The notes below the pieces were generated by a model. That model was not told the DNA's origin, did no database searches, and worked only from the letters and a program-made list of their open reading frames with translations. The position numbers were made by a program, and so were the translations under genes. Source: Histomonas meleagridis 2922-C6/04-290x (lineage: Eukaryota > Protista > Parabasalia). Taken from it: a stretch of DNA of 11,048 nucleotides. Location of the stretch: assembly GCA_020184695.1 (NCBI GenBank), contig JAANOX010000125.1, positions 1 through 11,048 of the forward strand, in the 5' to 3' direction. Numbering within the stretch: the stretch's first letter is position 1; each line of letters begins with the position of its first letter. This document shows, one piece after another, positions 1 to 5,973 of this stretch.

Positions 1-138
1 CTCCGGAGGCCTCAGACCCCTCCAATCCCCCCAGTGAAAACTTAAGGTCGGGAATGATCACGAGGACCCTAGGGGCCCCGCCGGGGGCGGGGCCCCTAGG
101 GTCCTCGTGATCATTCCCGACCGCATTATATACCTACC
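1..138 (-). repeat. Terminal-repeat-like element end, copy A (inverted relative to copy B at 3100); truncated by the window edge
   Basis: The reverse complement of 1-138 aligns to 3100-~3237: GGTAGGTATATAATGC + 77-nt hairpin + TTAAGTTTTYACTGGGGGGATT. Similarity stops sharply at 138/139 and at 3099/3100. Confidence 0.9.
46..122. repeat. Perfect GC-rich palindrome/hairpin, 37-bp stem and GGG loop
   Basis: 46-82 is the exact reverse complement of 86-122; the loop is GGG at 83-85. Confidence 0.97.
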
Positions 139-158
139 AATGTATTAATCATTATTTA

Positions 159-588
159 TTAGATGTATTCCATTATTTCATCCATTTCTTGTGGAGTCAA
201 AAGTTCTCAATTATTCAAGAGGTACTAGGCATTAATTTGACTTATTGGTATACGACTGGACCATAATCAAAGGTATTCAAAACCTTCATCACAGCCGAGC
301 CAAAAGAATGTCTTACCAATTGCGATGTTCTTCTAAGCAATTATATTGATAAACTGATCAGGCTCAACAAATGGGATCAGGTTGAAGGAATAATCGAATA
401 TCTTCAATACACAATTCCCAACAACAATATTTTTTTTCCTTTTTATTCATTGTGTGAGTCTGAAAATGAGTTTTAACCTTTGCATCTTCATTTTCATCCG
501 GAAGATGCCGATCAATAAAATATTCAATAATGAGGTACCCCCATGTGAACTATTCAATTTCACACCCCAGACGTACTCTAGACAACAT
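159..588 (-). pseudogene. Decayed host-like coding fragment, function unknown
   Basis: The minus strand reads ...KNIVVGNCVLKIFDYSFNLIPFVEPDQFINIIA*KNIAIGKTFFWLGCDEGFEYL*LWSSRIPISQINA*YLLNN*ELLTPQEMDEIMEYI*, with internal TAG/TGA stops and a frameshift, and ends in TAATAAA. I recognise no family. Confidence 0.35.
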
Positions 589-656
589 ATTAATTATTAA
601 TAGTGAAGTGATGTAAACCATTCAATTATTTTCAATGGTTTATAAAAAAGTAATTT

Positions 657-775
657 TTGAATATTGCCATTACTTCCAAAACTTAATAATGAACCAGTTT
701 TTGATTTAAAATCTAATGAATTAGTATTAGCAGTAATTCTCCATGTATTATCTTTATCATAATCTGCATTATTAT
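657..775 (-). pseudogene. 119-nt fragment of a paralogue of the tail-fibre gene
   Basis: The reverse complement matches 4346-4464 with 6 substitutions in 119 nt and encodes NNADYDKDNTWRITANTNSLDFKSKTGSLLSFGSNGNIQ. Confidence 0.92.
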
Positions 776-777
776 AT

Positions 778-838
778 ACACACACACACAGCGCTATTGA
801 AGCTTCGCGTGATACGCTCGCTTCAAGCCGCGCTACAT
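778..838 (+). repeat. (CA)n + stem-loop unit, copy 1
   Basis: (AC)n-AGCGC-TA-TTGAAGC-TTC-GCGT-GAT-ACGC-TC-GCTTCAA-GCC-GCGCT-ACAT; the core is identical to copy 2. Confidence 0.92.
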
Positions 839-887
839 TAATGAAGAGGAATGAACGGTTTCAACACGGTTGACTCTAAGTTTACGG

Positions 888-950
888 ACACACACACACA
901 CAGCGCTATTGAAGCTTCGCGTGATACGCTCGCTTCAAGCCGCGCTACAT
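888..950 (+). repeat. (CA)n + stem-loop unit, copy 2
   Basis: Exact repeat of the 791-838 core at 903-950, preceded by (AC)n. Confidence 0.92.
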
Positions 951-1041
951 AAAAGAAAGCATTAACGACGAGAGGATGATTGAAAATTAGGATTAACGGT
1001 AGGTTTTAAGGAAACATGTGCGAAAAATAAAAATATTAAAA

Positions 1042-1147
1042 CCTTACTTACTCTTACCTAACTTACCTATAAAAACTAGAAAATTTAAGAAAGAGGATAA
1101 ATACATGCGGACAAAAACCAAGGTAAGTAAGAGTAAGGTAAGTAAGG
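1042..1147. repeat. Imperfect ~27-nt inverted repeat built from CTTAC/GTAAG units
   Basis: 1042-1068 CCTTACTTACTCTTACCTAACTTACCT pairs with 1121-1147 AGGTAAGTAAGAGTAAGGTAAGTAAGG. The outer 10 nt and inner 8 nt pair perfectly. Confidence 0.65.
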
Positions 1148-1185
1148 AAATTAAGCTTAGTTTTGAAGTAGTTTTTTGATTTTTT

Positions 1186-1272
1186 ATTCTCATAAATCGG
1201 TTGGTTTTGATTGAAAGTAATAAAATATATTTAAATTCATGATGACATTTATATTTAAAATGTGTGAGGCAT
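1186..1272 (+). repeat. 87-nt direct repeat (block B), copy 1
   Basis: Identical to 2154-2240. Confidence 0.95.
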
Positions 1273-1409
1273 AAAAATACTACTACTACTAATACTACTA
1301 AAAAGTTATTAGCTAAAGGAAATTCGGAAGAGCTGAGTGAGTTTCTCCATTTTAGTGATTTGACGTGAATATTGCAAGTTTACGGGAGTTGCTGACTATA
1401 ACGGATGGA

Positions 1410-1804
1410 TTGTTGTTAATCCTATGTGGATTTTAGTGTTTGGAGCTTAAAGTTGTTATTAACTGAGGTTTTGAACTCAAAAAGTACCTTTTAATTTTCA
1501 AAGATGTTTTTTTAACCCTTTTTTTAACCCTTTTTTTAACCCTTTACGAATCGGAGAAAATGAGCATTTATTGAAGGATTTAACGCAAAAGTTGACGGTT
1601 GATATATCGGTAAGAATTTGACGTTTATCCTATGTGGATTTTAGTGTTTGGAGCTTAAAGTTGTTATTAACTGAGGTTTTGAATGTAAAAAGTACCTTTT
1701 AATTTTCAAAGGTGATTTTTTAACCCTTTTTCTAACCCTTTTTTTAACCCTCAACGAAACGGAGAAAATGAGCATTTATTGAAGGATTTAACACAAAAAT
1801 TTGA
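1410..1804 (+). repeat. ~185-nt repeat (block C), copies 1 and 2 (1410-1595, 1627-1804), each with three T-rich TAACCC units
   Basis: Shared ATCCTATGTGGATTTTAGTGTTTGGAGCTTAAAG...AAAAAGTACCTTTTAATTTTCAAA...(T-tract AACCC)x3...CGGAGAAAATGAGCATTT; a third copy lies at 2285-2470. Confidence 0.95.
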
Positions 1805-1826
1805 ATGATAAAAAAATAAATTATTT

Positions 1827-2058
1827 TTAAACGAAACCGTAAAGTTTTTGAATTTTTGAATAATAAAGTTCAAAGACTTGAATTATTAGTATCTCTGCAA
1901 TAAACATGAGCAGAACCGCGCTTATCATAACAGATTGTTAATTTTCTGAATTTAATACCGTTCCAAAGTAAAACGCATCTGTTTTATCATCATAATAATA
2001 ATCTGCTAATTGATGATTGGCATACGTATTAACTTCGATGGAATCCTCGTTGATTGCG
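1827..2058 (-). pseudogene. Possible short host-like coding fragment abutting (CA)n unit 3
   Basis: The minus strand reads AINEDSIEVNTYANHQLADYYYDDKTDAFYFGTVLNSEN*, then a hydrophobic stretch. It is more GC-rich than its flanks, has no start codon and matches no family I recognise. Confidence 0.25.
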
Positions 2059-2059
2059 T

Positions 2060-2121
2060 CACACACACACACAGCGCTATGTGAGCTTCGTGCTACGCAC
2101 TCGCTCCCACTCGCGCTACAT
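2060..2121 (+). repeat. (CA)n + stem-loop unit, copy 3 (diverged, structure-conserving)
   Basis: (CA)n-GCGCTAT-GTGAGC-TTC-GTGC-TAC-GCAC-TC-GCTCCCAC-TC-GCGCT-ACAT; same architecture as copies 1 and 2 with altered stem sequences. Confidence 0.85.
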
Positions 2122-2153
2122 AAACTAAAGGATGAACGGCTAAAATCGATTGA

Positions 2154-2240
2154 ATTCTCATAAATCGGTTGGTTTTGATTGAAAGTAATAAAATATATTT
2201 AAATTCATGATGACATTTATATTTAAAATGTGTGAGGCAT
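2154..2240 (+). repeat. 87-nt direct repeat (block B), copy 2
   Basis: Identical to 1186-1272. Confidence 0.95.
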
Positions 2241-2254
2241 GAATCCGGCTGAGT

Positions 2255-2470
2255 TGTTGTTAATACTATGTGGATTTTAGTGTTTTGTTGTTAATCCTAT
2301 GTGGATTTTAGTGTTTGGAGCTTAAAGTTGTTATTAACTGAGGTTTTGAATGTAAAAAGTACCTTTTAATTTTCAAAGATGTTTTTTTAACCCTTTTTCT
2401 AACCCTTTTTTTAACCCTCAACGAAACGGAGAAAATGAGCATTTTTTGAATGATTTAACGCAAAAGTTGA
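2255..2470 (+). repeat. Block C copy 3 (2285-2470), preceded by a ~30-nt partial duplication of its start
   Basis: Aligns to 1410-1595 and 1627-1804; 2255-2284 repeats TTGTTGTTAAT.CTATGTGGATTTTAGTGT. Confidence 0.93.
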
Positions 2471-2504
2471 ATGACAAAAAAAGTTTTTTTTAACCCTCAA
2501 AAAT

Positions 2505-2680
2505 TTTGTGTCACTTTTGGTGTCACTTTTTGTGTAAATTTTCATATCACATGTCTGTGTCACTTTTATATAAACATTTCACATAACATTTCTGTTTTTC
2601 ATTTTCACATGTCGTTTCCGAAAAATCATTTCATATCACATGTCTTTTCATTTCATATAACATGTCAGTTGATGTCAAAT
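2505..2680 (+). repeat. Degenerate short repeats (TGTCACTTTT, TTTCATATCACATGTC)
   Basis: TGTCACTTTT occurs three times and TTTCATATCACATGTC twice. Confidence 0.7.
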
Positions 2681-2717
2681 TAACGTTCGTTAGTGATACG
2701 TTTACGAAAAATTAACT

Positions 2718-2876
2718 GACGGAGAAAATGACGGTTGATGAATTCGAACAACCGCTGAAAAAGTAGATTGTAATAAATAAACTTTTTTTAACGGTTTTCA
2801 AAAAAATTTTCTTAACGGTTTTCTGTTTGATTTTTGGTATAAATTAACGGACGGAGAAAATGACGGTTGATGAATT
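2718..2876 (+). repeat. 27-nt direct repeat GACGGAGAAAATGACGGTTGATGAATT (2718-2744, 2850-2876)
   Basis: Exact duplicate, each preceded by AAATTAAC; it shares CGGAGAAAATGA with block C. Confidence 0.88.
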
Positions 2877-3099
2877 TTAACGGTCGAGTAATTGTTGTAA
2901 AATGTGTTGTAAAAAATATTCGAATAGATAAAGAAAAATATCTACGATGAATGGCAAATGTAAAAATTTTTGAATTGACATTGAATTTAGTGGCAAAACG
3001 ATTAATAATTGAATGAGTACTGAAAAATTGGCGGGCAAAATGATTTGAATGAGTTCTGAAAAAGTTAATTTTGCATTGAAATCTTAAAACGCGTGTTTC

Positions 3100-3375
3100 G
3101 GTAGGTATATAATGCGGTCGGGAATGATCACGAGGTCCCTAGGGGCCCCGCCGGGGGCGGGGCCCCTAGGGACCTCGTGATCATTCCCGACCTTAAGTTT
3201 TTACTGGGGGGATTTCCGGGGTCTTCGACCCCCGGAGGTGCCCTTCGGACCCCCTCCGGAGGTTCCGACCCCCTTCAATCCCCCGAGTGTGCTCGCTCCG
3301 CTCGCAACAAAAATCAAAATGATTTTTGTGAGCCATACAATTCGATAGAAAATTTGAATGAGCATTCAATTTTTG
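3100..3375 (+). repeat. Terminal-repeat-like element end, copy B: GGTAGGTA start, 77-nt hairpin (3116-3192), branched GC stem-loop (3203-3288), GCTC repeats and two small hairpins
   Basis: 37-bp perfect stem with GGG loop at 3153-3155; 3203-3214 pairs with 3277-3288 (11/12); GCTCGCTCCGCTCGC at 3291-3305; 10-bp stem at 3307-3329; TTGAATG/CATTCAA inverted repeat near 3354-3369. Confidence 0.88.
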
Positions 3376-3588
3376 AGAGAACGCGAAACTTTTTTTCATA
3401 GGGACGCTAGCACTTTTTGTACCACTTTTCGCATAAAACCTATCAAAAACCTCGTATAACCAGCGCAAAATGTCCCCGGTTATGTTTGGCCGGACATTTA
3501 TCCTATTCAATTTATCTTTGGTCAGAGGTTTGTAGTCAAAAAGCGACGGTTATATTGTTTGGTCGCATGGCAAACTTTATTTTTATAA

Positions 3589-3930
3589 ATGCTTAAACCT
3601 GTGACTAAAACGTATTTTTGTACTTCACAAAAAGAAAACCGTTTTCCGCCTGAATTTGTCGATTCTCAAAATCCTAGATATATTGTAGTACAGCAATGTA
3701 AGTGTAAATTTAAGGATTATTTAGTATCTGATGTTTCAATGCATGCTGATTTTATTGAACGTGACCATTATGAAGATTATTTTTGTTTTTTTTTAAATGA
3801 AAACAGGACTAAATATAAGAAATATGAATATAAAAGTAGAAAACCAAATTTTAAAATATGGTTTAAAGAAATGAATGGTAAAGAAATTGAACCAGAATAT
3901 TTTATGTTAGAATTATTATTAATTTATTAA
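3589..3930 (+). CDS. Putative minor capsid (penton-like, single jelly-roll) protein, 113 aa, intact
   Basis: Intact ORF ending TAAA with a beta-rich pattern. The C-terminus FKIWFKEMNGKEIEPEYFMLELLLIY resembles the last strands of polinton/virophage pentons (I.I...D.NG..I......L.L). Assignment is by eye only. Confidence 0.5.
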   Translation: MLKPVTKTYFCTSQKENRFPPEFVDSQNPRYIVVQQCKCKFKDYLVSDVSMHADFIERDHYEDYFCFFLNENRTKYKKYEYKSRKPNFKIWFKEMNGKEIEPEYFMLELLLIY

Positions 3931-3939
3931 ATAAAAAAA

Positions 3940-3948
3940 TCATTTTTT
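3940..3948 (+). promoter_or_regulatory. Trichomonad-type initiator (TCAYT); equivalents at 5955(+), 8131-8135(-), 9257-9261(-) and 9972(+)
   Basis: TCATT/TCACT followed by a T-tract within 20 nt of the ATG in 5 of 7 cassette genes. Confidence 0.65.
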
Positions 3949-3952
3949 ATCA

Positions 3953-5939
3953 ATGTTTAGTATTGAGAATGCTACGAAAGGTATAAAAACTAATGTTGTT
4001 GCTGCTCCTGAAATTATTGATAAAGATGACTTACAAGAAGTTTTAGAAAATTTATCATACAAATGATCAAATAACAGAAAAACTTAATACTATAACTTCG
4101 ATTACATTACCTCAATTATATTATAATAAATCGCAATCAGATGAAAAATATTCAACAAAAAGTCATACTCATAATACAATAAATAATGATTTAACAGTAA
4201 ATGGGAATGTACAAGTTAATTCATTAAATGGTTTTCAATTAACAACTGCAGAAGGTGGTAAATGGGATACAAAATTATATGTGCCATCTATTATTACATT
4301 AAAAAGAAGATGGTGTTGTAGAAGTTGGACAATATATTGATATGCATAATAATGCAGATTATGATAAAGATAATACATGGAGAATAACTGCTAATACTAA
4401 TTCATTAGCTTTTTAATCAAAAACTGGTTAATTATTCAGTTTTGGAAGTAATGGAAATATTCAATGTGCAACTATTAATAATGTAGATACAACTAAGATA
4501 TCTTTAAATGATCATAATCATGATGAGATTTATGCTAAAAAAGATCATGAACATACAAACTATGCTTCATCAGAACATACTCATAGTTATAACGATTTAA
4601 ATGATAAACCTGAAACATTTCCACCTACAGTTCATACTCATAGTTATAATGACTTAAATGATAAACCTGAAACATTTCCCACCTTCAGAACATACGCATA
4701 GTTATAATGATTTATCTGATAAACCTGAATCATTTCCACCCTCAGTACATACACATACGGAGTATGCTCTGAAAGATCATAATCATGATACAAAATATGC
4801 TGCTACAAATCATACACATAGTTATAATGATTTAACAGATATTCCTACAGTATCAAATCCAGAAAATATCACATGTTCAACAATTAATGGTTTTGCTTTA
4901 GATTCATCTCCTGCAGATTCAAATTTAAATATTAGTGTTCCTTCAATTGCAGTTATTAAAAACGATGGTGTTTTAACAGGTCCTTATATAGATATGCATA
5001 CTAGTGATGGATATGAAAATGATTATAGTTTTCAGAATACAATGTACAGGGAATGTTATGGAATTTAAACCAACACTAAAAGGTTGCAATGGTTTTTTTA
5101 TTACACAGCAGCTTTTGATGCATTAGGTTGTACTAAATTAAATTGCTCTCAAATTATGTACTCTGTAAAAAAACTAATGGTATTGATAATACAGGAAATA
5201 TAAAATCCGGTACTGGTCAATTCACTAGTTTAGAATCTACTAAATTAACTTTATTTCACAGTATAATTGAAGAATCAGGTAATACATATCAATTATTATG
5301 GAGAATTTATGGATGTACACCTACTGAAGATAAAAAATATATGGAAGATTATATTTTGAATCTGTAACACAAAAGAAACAAGATAATGATACATTTTCTG
5401 ATATATATAGTGCAATATATTATATTGCAACTACATTTAATACATTTGAAGGAACTGGAGGTTTAGCACAAATAAATACAACTATTATACATAATGCTCC
5501 TGTTACAGAAGATTTAACACAATTTCAAATTGGTTCACCAGTATTTTTAACAGGTAATGTTTATGCTTTAACCAATGAAGGTAAATATGTTACAAATACT
5601 TCATCAACTGATTGTATTCCATCAGTTAAAACATCAGGTACTTATAAAGAATATTTAGGGATATGTGTAGCTAAACATGGAACTGGATATAAAGCTTCAA
5701 TAGGTGATGTTATTAAAAGAGAAATCGAAATTTTACAAGATACTATTGATTTTGCAACACATGGAGATTTTTATTTTAGAGTAAATAATACCGCAGATTA
5801 TGAAATTGGTGATGTAGTATTATTTGATGGTAATAAATTATCAGATGATTTAGTAATAACTACTACAATATTAAATTCAATAGTTGGTAAAGTAACAGGT
5901 AAAATAGATGAACATTTATTGAGTATATTTAAAGAATAA
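3953..5939 (+). CDS. Phage-type tail-fibre-like protein, ~660 codons; ~7 frameshifts and 2 TAA stops as sequenced
   Basis: The rejoined frames run from MFSIENATKG to ...IVGKVTGKIDEHLLSIFKE*. They contain nine H-x-H motifs in the central block, (S/T)xHTHSYNDLxDKPExFPP repeats, two VPSI..(I/L)K.DGV..G.YIDMH modules and a C-terminal ATHGDFYFRV...YEIGD...DG...IVGKVT domain. An Inr TCATTTTTT lies at 3940. Confidence 0.75.
4570..4741 (+). repeat. Three tandem 57-nt (19-aa) coding repeats inside the fibre gene
   Basis: Units at 4570-4626, 4627-4684 (one extra C) and 4685-4741. Confidence 0.93.
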
Positions 5940-5973
5940 AAAAAATATTTTATTTCATTTTTATTTTTTTAGA

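Noticed and set aside
597-785. 62-aa ORF as an independent gene
   Set aside because: Its start lies in the (TG)n tract and only the middle is real coding sequence (the fibre fragment).
778-950. Helitron 3' end
   Set aside because: A hairpin is present, but there is no CTRR terminus at the expected distance on either strand and no Rep/helicase remnant.
1121-1147. AG|GTAAGT splice donors
   Set aside because: They lie in a repeat-derived non-coding tract with no exon or branch-point context.
1508-1545. True telomere or interstitial telomeric array
   Set aside because: TAACCC units are separated by T-tracts and occur only three at a time inside a larger repeat.
778-2470. CRISPR array
   Set aside because: The repeats are 60-185 nt, irregularly spaced, lack uniform spacers and have no cas genes; the context is eukaryotic.
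2471-2683. 70-aa ORF rich in H/F/S
   Set aside because: It is a translation of the degenerate TGTCAC/TCACAT repeats, with no Inr and no protein-like pattern.
3203-3288. tRNA gene (cloverleaf-like fold)
   Set aside because: No recognisable D-loop, anticodon arm or TTC-containing T-loop in the right geometry, and the closing stem is 12 bp.
3177-3510. Overlapping ORFs 3177-3401(+) and 3193-3510(-)
   Set aside because: They arise from stop-poor GC-rich hairpin DNA and begin or end inside the palindrome.
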